Positions 18,431 through 40,769 of a stretch of DNA of 64,000 nucleotides are shown here, piece after piece. The stretch lies in assembly GCF_009914755.1 (NCBI RefSeq), contig NC_060947.1; one strand, 5' to 3'. The notes beneath the pieces were generated by a model. The model did no database searches and was not told the origin of the DNA. It saw only the letters and a program-made list of their open reading frames with translations. Both the position numbers and the translations under genes were made by a program. The stretch is from the human T2T-CHM13v2.0 reference genome, Homo sapiens. Every line of letters starts with the position of its first letter. Position 1 is the first letter of the stretch.

Positions 18431-19054
18431 AGTTCACAAATGTCATCATTTTCTATTCTCTCAAAATGGCAGCCCTGGTCTACAGTTTGGAAAAAGTTTT
18501 CTCATCTGGAAGAGCCAGTGTGGCTAGGATTCCCCTTTTTAACCCAAGGTTTTTGTTTTTACTTATCTCTGCTTTTTAAAAAATTTAATTCACAATCACC
18601 CTCTCTCTTGAGCAACATTTACCTCCTATTATGTATGATGAACTATTTTTCATACCTCTCAATATTTTTTACCCTCTCATATGATTATAGCTGTAATTTT
18701 TAATATTTTTTAATAGTGCACACATTATTATTCTGCAGAAAAATTTGGGGTACATATGGATTTGTAAATTATTTACAATAACTACAAGCCTCCAAGCATC
18801 TCATACTCATGGGTTTTACAGCTTTTATGAACATATGTGGCTAGAAGATGAAACTAATGGCTTTCTGTTTTTGTGAGGCAGCACAAAAGATCATAGAAGG
18901 AAAATATAAGAGACAATTGAAAGGAAATTTCCCTGGGGCGTGAGCCTCCTGGAACAGTTTATAGAGAGACCCAAGAAATAACATATCCATCCCATCCCAT
19001 CCCATCCACATTTAGTAGTGATGTCTCACCACCAGCTAAGAATTACCTAGTACA

Positions 19055-19575
<521 letters not shown>

Positions 19576-19654
19576 CAATTACATATACAGGAAAATATAG
19601 TTGGGTAGCACTACGTAAATCAGCTCAACTCTTAAAATGAGTGGCTCGAGGTGC

Positions 19655-20355
<701 letters not shown>

Positions 20356-20555
20356 TCAGTGATGACAGTGCATGGATAGCTGAAATGAATGACAACAATA
20401 TCATAAGGGACTCGAGAAAGAAATTGGTAATCTTCTGCTATAAGATACTAACACTACCTGTGAAATAGTGTAGCGTTATTTGAAAATAGATTTGGCTCTT
20501 TCTAAATGCACATTGCAAACTCTAGGGCAAACACCAAAAAAAGTTTTAAAAGAAG

Positions 20556-20666
20556 GGCTGGTCTGAGGGTAGTGAGTTATCTCAACTGATTGTTCACAGT
20601 CAGTTACAAATCAAACTTCTTGTTCTACTCTTTGCCCCCTTCTCACTACTGCACTTGAGTAGTCTT
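20556..20666 (+). ncRNA. Y_RNA: Y RNA: full-length hY1 (RNY1)-derived retrocopy, probable pseudogene
   Basis: ggctggtctgagggtagtgagttatctcaactgattgttcacagtcagttaca...ctcactactgcacttgagtagtctt matches hY1 end to end with about 8 substitutions versus the recalled sequence; A-rich tail follows; no snRNA-type upstream promoter because the flank is L1. Confidence 0.96.
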
Positions 20667-20680
20667 AAAAATAAAAATAA

Positions 20681-21082
<402 letters not shown>

Positions 21083-21094
21083 TTAAAATTACAG

Positions 21095-21684
21095 AAGCCT
21101 GAATACTATTTTGTTGTGTATGCATACCACGTTTTCTTTACCTATTGATAGATACTCGAGCTGATTACAAATATTGGCTATTGTGAATGATGCTGCAATG
21201 AACACAGGAGTGCAGACATCCCTTCAACAACCAATTTCATTTCCTTTGGATAGTTCTATTTTTAATTTTTTGAAGAAATATCATACTGTATTCAATAATG
21301 GCCATACTAATTAACATTCCCACAAAGTGTACACACTTATCCACATCTTCACCAACACTTATCTCTTTCATCTTTTTGATAATAGTGATTATAACAGGTA
21401 GGAGGTGGTATATGGTTGTGATTTCAATTTGCCTTTCCCTGATGACTACTAATGTTGAGCATTTTTTTCATATACCTGTTGGCCATTTATATGTCTTCTT
21501 TTGAGAAATGTCTTTTCAGGTCCTTTGTCTATTTTTAAATCAGGTTATTCATTTCCTTACTATTCAGTTGCCTGAGTTCCTTACATATTTTGGATATTAA
21601 ACTCTTATCATATGTATGGTTTGCAAATATTTTATCCCATTTCATAAGTTGTCTCCTCATTCTGTTGATTGTGTTCTTGCTATG
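21095..21684 (-). mobile_element. L1MA ORF2 3' segment (inverted half)
   Basis: ggctattgtgaatgatgctgcaatgaac...gagcattttttcatatacctgttggccattt...tttgagaaatgtct. Confidence 0.88.
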
Positions 21685-22095
21685 GAAATCCTGACATTTG
21701 CAACACAGGGATGAACATGGAGGACCTTATGCTAGTGAAATAAGCCAGGCACAGGAAGTGAAAACTGCATGATCTACTTATATGTGGAATCCTAAAAAGT
21801 CTAACTCATAAAAGTAGAGAGTAGAATGATAGTTAGCAGGGGGATGAGAAGAGATTGGGAAGATGCTGGTCAAAGGACACAAAATTTCATATTGACAGGA
21901 GGAATGAGTTCAAGAGATCCATTGTCAAGCATGTGATTATAGATAATAACAATGTCTTGTATACATGAAAATTGCAAATAAAGTAGATTTTAAATATTCT
22001 CACCATAAAATAAGTACGTGAGGTAACGAGTATGTTAATTAGCTTGATTTAGCCGTTCTACGTGTATACATAGATGAAAGCATCATGAAGTACAT
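21685..22095 (+). mobile_element. L1MA 3'UTR segment
   Basis: gaaatcctgacatttgcaacac...aataagccaggcacag...gtagattttaaatattctcacc...gttaattagcttgatttagcc. Confidence 0.88.
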
Positions 22096-22099
22096 CCAG

Positions 22100-22440
22100 G
22101 AGCTCAAAGGGAAAGAGGAAGGGATAACTAGGTGAGGCACGGGGTTGGGGGTGGGGTTTACAGCACTGAAACTATTCTGTATGATACTGTAATGGTGGAT
22201 ACATGTCACTACGCATTTGTCAAAAGTCTTAGCATGTAATTCAAAGTGTGAATTCTAATGTAAACTATGGACTTTAATAATAATGTAGCAATCAATATTG
22301 GTTCATCAATTGTAACAAATGTCTCACACTAATGCAAGATGTTAATAGGGGAAACCGGAGGAGGGGGCTTGGGAGGTATATGAGGACTCTGTACTTTCTC
22401 CTCAATTTTTCTGTGAAACTGAAACTGCTTTGAAAAATAG
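22100..22440 (+). mobile_element. L1MC 3' end
   Basis: gaaactattctgtatgatactgtaatggtggatacatgtca...ttcatcaattgtaacaaatg. Confidence 0.85.
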
Positions 22441-22446
22441 AATCTT

Positions 22447-22735
22447 GGCTGGGTGCGGTGGCTCACATCTGAAATCCCAGCATTTTGGGATGCCAAGGCG
22501 GGTGGATCACTTGAGGTCAAGAGTTCAAGACCAGCCTGGCCAACGTGGTAAAAACCCATCTCTACTAAAAATACAAAAATTAGCCAGGCACGGTGGCGCG
22601 TGCCTGTAGTCCAAGCTAGTCAGGTGGCTGAGGCATGAGGATCGCTTGAACTGAGAGGCAGAGGTTACAGTGAGCTGAGATCACACCACTGCACTCCAGC
22701 CTGGGCAATAGAGCAAGACTCCATCTCAAAGACAA
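22447..22735 (+). mobile_element. AluS
   Basis: Full dimer. Confidence 0.93.
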
Positions 22736-22778
22736 ATTTTTTTAAAAAAAATTTAAATAATAAAAAAATTAAAAATAG

Positions 22779-23092
<314 letters not shown>

Positions 23093-23109
23093 GTTAACTT
23101 TTTTAAAAA

Positions 23110-23455
23110 AGACAGTTTGAAACAATTGGGAGAGTATAGGTATAGACTGGCTAGTGGATGATAGTAAGAAATTACTGACAATTTGTATTGCATATGATGA
23201 TGTCACAGTGGTTATATATACTAAAACAGTCCGTATCAGAAATGCATACTGAAATATATATGGGTATAATGACATACCTGGGATTTGCTTTAAAATACTC
23301 CAGAAGAAAAATACCATGTGTGTTTTGGGTGGGGGAATTGAGGGTACCTGAAATGAGATTGGAAAAAAAGTTGGGTGATGAATCTAGAGGGTTCATTATA
23401 TTAAAACTCTCTGGTTTTGTGTATGTTTGAAATTTTCCATACTAATGTTTTTAAA
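23110..23455 (+). mobile_element. L1ME/L1MD 3' end
   Basis: ctgggatttgctttaaaatactcc...gggttcattata...tgtgtatgtttgaaattttccat. Confidence 0.75.
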
Positions 23456-24155
23456 ATATGTGTGAACTGAAATACAAGAAGAGCCCAAAGAATTCTTTGA
23501 GCACTAAGGTTCCTTGAACATGCCCAGTTCTTATTCAATGCATATGCTGTACGAGAGACTGGATTTTCTCAATGATTAATAAGAACGCATTCTTCATCTA
23601 TCTCTAACATCTACCCACAAGAACAGCCTGTCTTGGATTATTCTCTAGGACCTCTTGACATGTCAACAGTGACTTTAGGCACTGAGTGCTTTTCATAACT
23701 TCCTGTTCCTTCAGCCCAACAGCAAGTGTCTTTGATGGGACACTTCTAGACTGTAGTATCCCTGTGATTTTAAACTTCCTTTGGAATAATTATTTTTGCC
23801 TATTTGTGTGTTAGCCAGAGAAGTAACATTTTTCCCCCAGAAATCTATTGCAATCTGTTTCATCTTTGTACTTTATACTTAATATAGTCGAAAACTGGGT
23901 TTAAGAGTGATGACAACATTTATTCCCAACAACTTTTCCAATTTCTACAGCCTTAACACCAACTCTAAATAATAACGATAGACTGCTAAAAGATACATAA
24001 CTGTCTTAAGAAAAGGAGATCATTCTGTTTCCATCAGGATGTAATTCAGTTTCTTTAATAGAGTAATTGATGAAATAAGAACAGTTGAGAGAAATTCTGA
24101 GTTAAGGCTAAAAGAAAATGCTAGACAGCCATTAAGAGATCAGAGTTCAGTTTTC

Positions 24156-24312
24156 TACATGTGGCTATTTAAATTTCAACTCATTAAAATTTAATAAAAT
24201 TAAAAATATATTTCATCAATCACACTAGGCAAATTTTAAGTGCTCAGTAGCTATATTGCAAAGAACACACAGACATTTCCATAATCACAGAAAGTTCTAT
24301 TGGACTGCACCA
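24156..24312. mobile_element. MER33-like hAT-Charlie fragment
   Basis: catgtggctatttaaattt...aaaattaaaaat...catttccataatcacagaaagttctattggac. Confidence 0.8.
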
Positions 24313-24319
24313 TGCTAGA

Positions 24320-24850
24320 GCACAGAGGTTAACAGCATGACCTTGGAGTCACAACAAATTTCTACTACATGCTCCTCAATCACCTTGCCCTGTGATCCTT
24401 GATGATTTACCTAACTTCTCTAATCCTCACTTTCCTCATCTGTGCAATGGGAATAACAACAGTATCTACTTTACAGGGTGAGTGTGAAAGCCTGTGAGAT
24501 AATATGGACAATAGTAAACTTCAGCTATGATAACTGCTCCATGTGCTAGGCCTGTGCAATACAAAGAAGAAATAAACATGGCCACTGTCTTCAAATGAAC
24601 ATAGACGCTAATAGAGGAGAAATGCATTTAAACAAATAAATTATACCATGCGGTTCCAGATATAGGAATAATGTTACTCTTCAAAAGAGTCATTCAACAA
24701 GGCCTTACAAAAGAAATGACATTTGAGCAGAGACTTAAAGGATATGTAGGAGTTTGCTAGGTACAAAAAGGAAAAAAAAAAAATTGGAATTTGAGAGAAA
24801 CCACGTGAGCAAGGTATAGGAGATGAAAGAGCCTACGTAGCATATTGAAG
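24320..24850. mobile_element. MIR (+, about 24320-24500) and L2 (-, about 24530-24850) fragments
   Basis: cctcactttcctcatctgtgcaatggg; gacatttgagcagagacttaaagga. Confidence 0.7.
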
Positions 24851-25786
24851 AAGCTGGAACAAGACCAGTGCAGCAAATGGGTAGGGGCATGTTTAACATA
24901 AGGCAGCCACTGAAGAAAACATCAACAAGAGCAAAAGTCTCAGAATGTACCAGCTGACACGAGGCAATTACCATTTTGTTCATTTTCCACAAACAGCTGT
25001 GCTCTCCTCCTCACTCAGCAGTAGGAATGTCTCTCGAGAGAATTACAGCATCCAGCTGCTACCTTTCCCTCAGCCACTAACAAATCCGCCACAGAGAACA
25101 ATGTTGATCTAATTCTACACACTCATAAACATAAACAAAGTTTGAGCTGAGCAGGGAGAATGTCACTGAGCCCACTTCTCTCAAAGGAGTAGAAAAGAGA
25201 ACCAACACTGAGTGGAAATCTACCATGTGCCAGGCAGTATTCTTAGAAGTGATGCCATTTCACACTCTGAAACAACTCTATGGAGTAGCAATTATTCCCT
25301 TTTTTTTTTTTTTGGAGATTTCTAACACTGTTTGGCTCAAAGAGACTAAGTGACTATCCAAGGTCTCATGGCAAGAGAGTGACATCTGATTTTTAATCCC
25401 ACACTCATGCTCTCAGAAAAGACTCAACTTACCCAGCTAGACTTCAGCAACTTTTTCTCCAAAAAAAAAAAACAAATTCCTCCTATTCTTCTCACTTTGA
25501 GCACATTGCTGACGAAAATCTAACACACCTACAACAGTGAGACATAACAGAATAGTATTTATAATATAAACTACTAGTTGTGAGAGACTGGGGCCCCAGT
25601 CTCTCTGGGTACCCAGAATAAGAGTCAGGGAACCTGATCCAGATCTGGCTATGACATAAATGCCTACAAATCCATGAGCAAGTCACTTACCATCTCTAGG
25701 CCTAGCTGCCTTGCCTGCAAAATGTAAAACCTGCACCAGGTGAGGCCTGGCAATCATAGTGATAATGATGGTGATATGATAATTAA

Positions 25787-26263
<477 letters not shown>

Positions 26264-26558
26264 TAACGTTTATTGAGCACTTAACTTACCACACACTATA
26301 CTAATGTCTTTACATGAATTATGTTATTTAATTCTTACAACTATCCTTTGAGGTAGGTACTATCTTTATACCCAACTTTGCACTAAAGAAAACAGAGAGG
26401 TTAAGTAACTAGTTCAAGGTTACAGAGTGGAGCCAGGACGCTACTGTAAGTTAGGGAGTGTGGATTAAAAAGAGTAGTCAGAGTGACATCAGCAAAATGG
26501 TGGACCAGGAAGCTCCAAGCTCTTGTTCTCCCACAGAAACATCAAAAACACATGCAGA

Positions 26559-27007
<449 letters not shown>

Positions 27008-27127
27008 CTAGCACAGTGGCATTTTTTGTTTTAAAGTGATGGTAGCCTACGTTCCCAGTGTGCAACCCTGTACCCTGATTCCAGAGGGAATAGAGCAAAC
27101 CTTAAATACAAATTATTGTATACTTCT

Positions 27128-27469
27128 TGATATGGTTTGGCTCTGTGCCCCCGCCCAAATCTCACCTTGAATTGTAATAATCCCCACCTGTCAAGGGATA
27201 ATTGAATCATGGGGGCAGTTTCCCCCCTGCTGTTCTTGGGCTGGTGAGTGAGTTCTCATGAGATCTGATGGTTTTATAAGGGGCTTCCTCCTTCACTGGG
27301 CACTCATTCTCTCTCTTGCCACTCTGTGAAGACGTGTCTTCGGTCATGATTGTAAGTTTCTTGAGGCATCCCCAGCCATGCAGAACTGTGAGTCAATTAA
27401 ACCTCTTTCCTTTATGAACTACCCAGTCTTGGGCAGTTCTTTATAGCATTGTGAGAACAGACTAATACA
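27128..27469 (+). mobile_element. THE1 (MaLR) solo LTR
   Basis: tgatatggtttggctctgtg ... gagtcaattaaacctctttcc ... gactaataca. Confidence 0.95.
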
Positions 27470-27729
27470 CAACTGTTCAAACTAGTCTGGAGGCTACCTG
27501 AAGAACTAAGGCCAGGCACTTGTGTTTGTTTTACCTAATACAAAACTCAAGCTAGAAATGGTGAGTAGTGCCCAAAAACACTGCACGCTGACCTAATAAC
27601 CCTCAGATGTCTGGGCCATATTATTATAGTTGAAACAAACAATACACTGGCTAAGACATGGGAGAAAAAGCTGATGGGGGGCAGATGAATGGTTTCCTTG
27701 GACAATGAGGACGTTCAAAAGCAACTGCT

Positions 27730-28032
27730 GGCCAGGTATGGTGGCTCATGCCTGTAATCCCACCACTTTGGGAGACCGAGGCAGAAGGATCGCTTGAAGT
27801 CAGGAGTTGGAGACCACCCTGGGCAACATAGCAAGACCTCATCAGCACAAATAATAAAAACAAAAAACAAATATTAGCTGGACATGGTGTTGTGCACCCG
27901 TAGTTCCAGCTATTCATGAGGCTGAGGCAGAGAATCACTTGAGCCCAGGAGGCAGAGGCTGCAGTGAACCATAATCACACCACTGCACTCCAGTCTGGGC
28001 AACACAGTGAGAACCCCCATCTCAAAAAAAAA
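27730..28032 (+). mobile_element. AluJ-like
   Basis: Diverged dimer. Confidence 0.92.
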
Positions 28033-28407
28033 CGCAACCATGTATATGGGGAATTTAGAAAGCCACATGCATGCCCCAGAAAACAAGCATACTCAGAAAA
28101 TTCCTGAGAGGACTAAGCTTTCACCTTGAGCTAGTTTATAAGTGCAATGCAAGTCTGGCTAAGTGCTGAAGGAGTACCCACACACACAACCAATCAGGAA
28201 AGATGAGTAGAGGTGGTTTTTGTTTGTTTATTTGTTTGTTTTTAGCTCCTTGTATTTCAGAAACTCTGTGTCAAAATTCTCACTGAACACAATTTAAGGA
28301 ACAGAGACTTCAGTGACCATACAGGACAAGATATAGTCTTTGCAGAAGTAGCTTGGAAAAGTAAGTAAACCAAAATACTACTAAGAATTTTAACAATAAG
28401 AAAAAAT

Positions 28408-28822
<415 letters not shown>

Positions 28823-29490
28823 ACAGAAAAAACCCCAGCAACTCCTGGAGAAGGGAGAGAATATGATATCCAGGGTTAACACATTATAATATTCAAACAT
28901 TGTTTTCAACAACAACAAAAAAATCACAAGACAAACAAAGAAACAGGAAAGTACAGCCTACTCAAAGAACAAAATAAACTGACTGAAACTGTTCCTGAGG
29001 AAGTCCAGACATCAGATTTAGTAGACAAAGACTTCAAAAACACTGCCTTAAATATGCTAAAAGAGCTAAAGGAAAACATGCAGAACAAAAAATCAGGAAA
29101 ATGACAATATCACTAAGATAGAGAAATTAAAGATTAACAGTCTAAGGGTCATTGAGACATCATCAAGCAGACAAAATTACATACTGTGAGACTGCCAGAA
29201 AGTGAAGAAAAAGGGACAAAAGGAATGTTTAAAGAAATAATGGCCAAAAATGTCCCCAATTTGATGAAAGACATGAATCTAGACATCTAAGAAGCTTAAA
29301 CTCAAGAAAGATAAATTCAAAGAGATCCACACTGAGGCATCCTATAAACAAATTGTCAAAAGACAGACAGTCTTGAAAGCTGCAAGAAAAAAGCAACTTA
29401 CCATGTATAAGGCTCCTCATTAAGACTAACAGCCAATATCTCATCAGAAACTACAGAGGCCAGAAGACAGTGGGATGGCATAAATTGCTG

Positions 29491-29492
<2 letters not shown>

Positions 29493-29525
<33 letters not shown>
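29493..29525. repeat. (AT)16 microsatellite
   Basis: Pure AT run inside the L1 ORF1 relic. Confidence 0.97.
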
Positions 29526-29528
<3 letters not shown>

Positions 29529-29695
29529 CCTGTCAACCAAGAATTCTGCATCTGGCAAAATGGTCTTTCAAAACGGAAGGAGAAAGTAAGACCTTCCCAG
29601 ATAAACAAAGGCTGCAGGAGTTCATTACCAATAGACCTGCCCTACAAGAAATGCTAAAGGGAATCTTTTGAGTGGAAATAAAAAGATGCTCAACC

Positions 29696-30003
29696 GGCCA
29701 GGCACAGTGGCTCACACCTGTAATCCCAGCACTTTGGAAGGTGATCCCAGCCAAGGCAGGTGGATCATTTGAAGTTAGGAGTTTGAGGCCAGCCTGGCCA
29801 ACATGGTGAAACCCCATCTTTACTAAAAACTACAAAAATTAGCTGGGTGTGGTGGTACACACCTGCAATCCCATCTACTTGGGAGGCTAAAGCAGGAGAA
29901 TTGCTTGAACCGGGGAGGTGGAGGTTTCAGTGAGCTGAGATAGCACCACTGCACTCAAGCCTGGGCAATGGAGTGAGACTCCGTCTCAAAAAAAAAAAAA
30001 AAA
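29696..30003 (+). mobile_element. AluS
   Basis: Dimer with a short internal duplication of atcccag. Confidence 0.93.
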
Positions 30004-30587
30004 GAGATGCTAGACAGTTACTCAAAACCACATTAAGACATAAGGATCTCTGGTAAAGGTAACTACACAGGCAAATATAAAAGCCAGCATTATCGAACTT
30101 TTTGTTTATAACTCTACTTTTTTATATCCTACTTTGTTTTTAAGTGCTTTAAAATAATTATAAATCTATGTTATTGAACATAGTATGTAGAAAGATGTAA
30201 TTTGTCACAACAATACACAGGAGAGGGGACAGAGCTGTAAAAGAGTGGAGATTTGTATTTTATAAGTGTGAAGTTGGTATCAATTCAAACTCATTTGTTA
30301 TAAATTTAGGATGTTAAAAGTAATCCCCATGGTAACCACAAATAAAATATAAACATAAAAAGAAGAAGGGACTCAAAACGGTCCACTACAAAAAAATCAA
30401 TTAATACAAAAGAAGGCAGTAATCGAGAAAATGAGGATGTAAAAGTTAAAAGATATACAGAAAACAAAAACCAAAATGTCGGAAGTAAGCCCTTCCTTAT
30501 CAGTAATTACTTTAAATGTATGGTGTGAACTCTGCAATACAAAGGCAGAGAGACCCACAATATGGATTAAAAAGCAGGATCTAACTA

Positions 30588-31557
<970 letters not shown>

Positions 31558-33351
31558 TATATGTTATCTACAACAGACTCACTTTTGACCCAAAGACAAA
31601 AATAGATTGAAACTTAAAAGATGCAAAAAGCAATTCCATGAAAATAGTAACCAAAAGAGAGTTGAAGTGGCTCTGCTAATATCAGACAAAAGAGACCTTA
31701 GGTCAAAAATCGACACAGAAGGCAAATCCATTCAACAGAGAAAGAAGAGTCTGTTCAACAAATGGAACTGGAACAACTATATTTCCACATCAACAGAAAT
31801 CCACAGCCGGGCACAGTGGGTTATATTGCATTATGAATGTAACCAATGCCACTGATCTGTATACTTACAAATGGTCAAAATCAAAAATGTTGTTATATAT
31901 TTTACCGAAATATGCCTCAGAACCTATGCTCTTGACCACTGTGTACCCCTCCAACTCTGCCTCCCTGACAGTTTCGGCATCTGTAAAACATGAATAATAA
32001 TCCCTGTCCTATCTCTCTCATTCTTATTGTAAGAATCAAATTAAATAGGAAACATGACAGGACTTTCTAAACTACGAAGGGCTGAAGTCAGGTGCCATTA
32101 TTATCTTGGAGATGTACACATAAAACACCAAACTAAGTTGTGTCTTCGGTGCTGTACAATAAAACATTTGTTTTGCCACATCTGGAAGCTCAAAGACCAT
32201 GTCAATTGCAGTGTCAGTTTCCAGTGACACTACTCCAAGCAGGAGTGACTTGACCAGACTGATAATGATCTCTGGTCACACTGGTTGTGACTACAACTTT
32301 TCCATAGCATTACTTCCTTTCTGCGTATCTTGCACATGCTTGTCACAAAAAACGTATTCACCTAGGATCTCAAAACACTGATCAAAGAGGAAGTTTAAGA
32401 AAAAAAAAAGACATTGCAACTGTCAGCTCTTTCTCGGGGAGACAAAGGAGAGTTGCTGGGGAGCCTACATGGCATGGAGTGCCAGGGAGCATAGTGAGGA
32501 TGGACAAAGTAGCTGTGGTATCCAGCTTTGGAAATGGCTCCCAGACCAAGACCTACCACAGGCACAATCACCTTCTGGAGAAGGTTCTTCAGCCTTTTCA
32601 GCTCTGCTGAGCAGTATGTTTTAGAAAGCCTCCCCAAAGGGGAACTGGCACATTACCAGGTTTTGACACCAAAGCAGCAGAGCTCACAGCAAAACATGGT
32701 CTTAGACTGAATTTGTTTGGAGAACAGGGCAAGAGGCTCCCAACGCAGTACTGAAGGGCATCTTGAAGAGAAAAACCAAGTTCGACACTTTTAAACAAGA
32801 ATAAAGGACCAGTGTTCCTTCTGTAAGAGGGAGCCCCAACATCTTGCTTTATTCACAGTCAGGGTCCAGAACCCTTTTCCTTTACCCATTTAATCCATCA
32901 CATATGACTTCATTTTTCATTTTGTGTTTCTGGCTACACACTCTTGCCTTTATTGAACTGACTCTGGCCTCAGTTCCCCTCCCAGCTGGAAACTACTATC
33001 ATTTCTTGACTACAAGTGGTTTCAGCCATCATCCCAATAAAACCCATCTACCAGAACCCTACCTCAGCACTGGCCCACGTACTCCAACATCCTTGGAAGG
33101 GATGAAAAGGGACAATGTGTATTACATGTTATCAAAGTTTGTCAATCATGAAATTAAACCTCAAAATTTGAAACTCTATAAAATGAATACTAATAATAAC
33201 TGTTTGTTGTGTGCTAGGCATTTATATATGTAAATAGTAGTCTGGAATCTTTCCTTTAACCACATGAACTACATGCTATTATTATCCCCATTTTAGAGAA
33301 AAGAAGAGTGAGGCCATGACAGGTTAAGTGATTTCTAAGTTGTCACAGTTA

Positions 33352-34690
<1,339 letters not shown>

Positions 34691-34691
34691 G

Positions 34692-34891
34692 TGCCAGACA
34701 TGGTGGCTCATACCTGGAACCCCAGCACTTTGGGAGGCTGAGGCAGGAGGATCACTTGAGGCCAGGAGTTGGAGACCAGCCTGCCAAACATAGCGAGAAC
34801 TGGTCTCTTTACAAAAATATTTTAAAACTTAGCAGGGCATGGAGGTGCACACCTGTAGTCCTAGCTACTTGGGAGGCTGAGGTGAGAGGAT
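34692..34891 (+). mobile_element. 3'-truncated AluJ-like
   Basis: Stops at gaggtgagaggat. Confidence 0.88.
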
Positions 34892-35065
34892 TCAGAACAG
34901 GGATCTGAAAAAAAGATTCAGAACAGGGATCCCTGAGGAGAAAAAAATGATCTCTAGACTTATTCCAAACTTCCTTTATTTGAATATGCCTCTATTTTAC
35001 TTAGATGAGAAGAGCTAACATTTACAGAGTGCTTGCTAGGTGCCAGGAACTGTCTCCGCTTTTTC

Positions 35066-35250
35066 TTCTCTTTCTATGTAGATGCAGGGTCTTCCTCTGT
35101 TGTCCAGGATGGTCTTGAACTCCTGGGTTCAAGTGATCATCCCATGTCAGCCTCCTGACTAGCTAGGACTACAGGCACATGCCACCACACCCAACTAATT
35201 TTTTTTTAATTTTTTGTAGAGACGGGGTCTTCCTATGTTGCCCAGGGTGG
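35066..35250 (-). mobile_element. Alu/FLAM fragment inside an antisense MIR (about 35015-35430)
   Basis: Monomer plus partial second arm; MIR cattttatggatgagaaaactgaggcacagag follows. Confidence 0.8.
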
Positions 35251-36347
35251 TTAAGCATTTTATGTATATTAAATTATATAATTCTCAAAACAACCCTACA
35301 AAGTAGGGACTATTATAATCTTCATTTTATGGATGAGAAAACTGAGGCACAGAGAGATGAAACGACTTATTTCCAGGTCCCACAGCTAGGAAGTGAAGGA
35401 GCTATAACGTAGTCTGACTCTAGAATTATGTTTGCAATACTTTGCAATATAGCCTTATTACCATATTCTATAGCCTCCCCCTGATCTGCTCTTCAGTCAC
35501 TGGATCTGTGGTTTATGATTCAGTTCATAAAAGATGTATAAATAGAGAAGTCTTGAAGGAGTTCCTAGATAAATCTTGGTTATCTATATAGTCTTCCACT
35601 TTTACAATTATTTCAAGTCAGCAAGCATTTCCTTAATGCCAATCCTAGCACTAAGAACCAGGGACCCAGAGACAGACAAAGCACAATCCCTGCCCTCAAG
35701 GAACTCATTCTAGTGAAGGAGACTCAAATGGAACAACTGCAATTCAATGCAATCACTTGGACAGCAGAAAGATCAGAGAAGGCTTTCTAGAGGAGGGGAA
35801 ACAGAAGCTGAGGATGTGAACTTAAAGTTTGCCTGGAAAATATGGCACGGAAGAGCACTTCAGGCAGATGGAAGTAGGTGTAAAGGAATGAATTGGGGAT
35901 TGGGGGAGCATAGAGAGATAAATGAGATGGAAAGGGAGAAAGAGATAGGAAACAGAGATAAAGAAAGAGAAAGATCATGGAACTACACATGGTTCTGTTT
36001 GGTGGGTGTGTTACTGGTTGCTATAAAGGGCAGAGGCAAGGCCACAGAAGGAGTGTGGCCACACTGCATGAAGCACCTACTCCTCAGTCATGCTTCCCTT
36101 ATTCCATGCTGGCAGACTTAAACATAGCACAAAGAAAACTCCCTGAAGGCTGCCTTGGCCACCACTACCCTCCCACCATCTAGCTCAGTACCTCTTATAG
36201 AGTGCCTTGTACCAACTGTGCTTTGTGATTTAAAATTCTGATTTATGACTTTGTTGACATGAAAAATTCAATTACCACTATCAGATTCCTGGAAAGACTT
36301 AAAAGAACAGCATTACAATTTTCACAGGCACTGTCCACAAGGGCTAA

Positions 36348-36876
<529 letters not shown>

Positions 36877-36881
36877 TTCTC

Positions 36882-40346
<3,465 letters not shown>

Positions 40347-40769
40347 TCAAATAATCTTGATAACACTTGTTGGTTAGGTGCTCCTATCCCCACTATACAG
40401 AAGAGGAAACAAAGCTTAGAGAAGTGAAGTGACCTAAGGTTCCTGCCAGAGTTCAAAGTGTATGTATCCAAATCCAGTGCTTTTTCCACTGTACCACAGC
40501 TGCAAGACTCAGAGGCTACACCTGGCTCCCACTTGCCCTAGAGCTTCCTACCTGCCTCTAAGCCTCTCCAAGACTCACTTCTCACTTCTAAAGCTCTCCT
40601 TCTCTTAGGCAATCGCAAGGATAAACACCATGCCAAAACATAGTATGAGAAGTTTGTCAATGGCTGTCAGCTATCTAAATGAAAAATTTCAAAATCCAAA
40701 TATGTAGCCACTACCCCCTACACATGACACTTCCTATGCCCCCTTCTTTGTTTTTTCACATTATCTGAT

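Noticed and set aside
27123-27474. TSD for the first THE1 LTR
   Set aside because: Flanks cttct and caact match at only 3 of 5 positions; not claimed.
32844-33233. 129-aa ORF in largely unique DNA
   Set aside because: No recognisable domain, non-ATG start, runs into a MIR relic.
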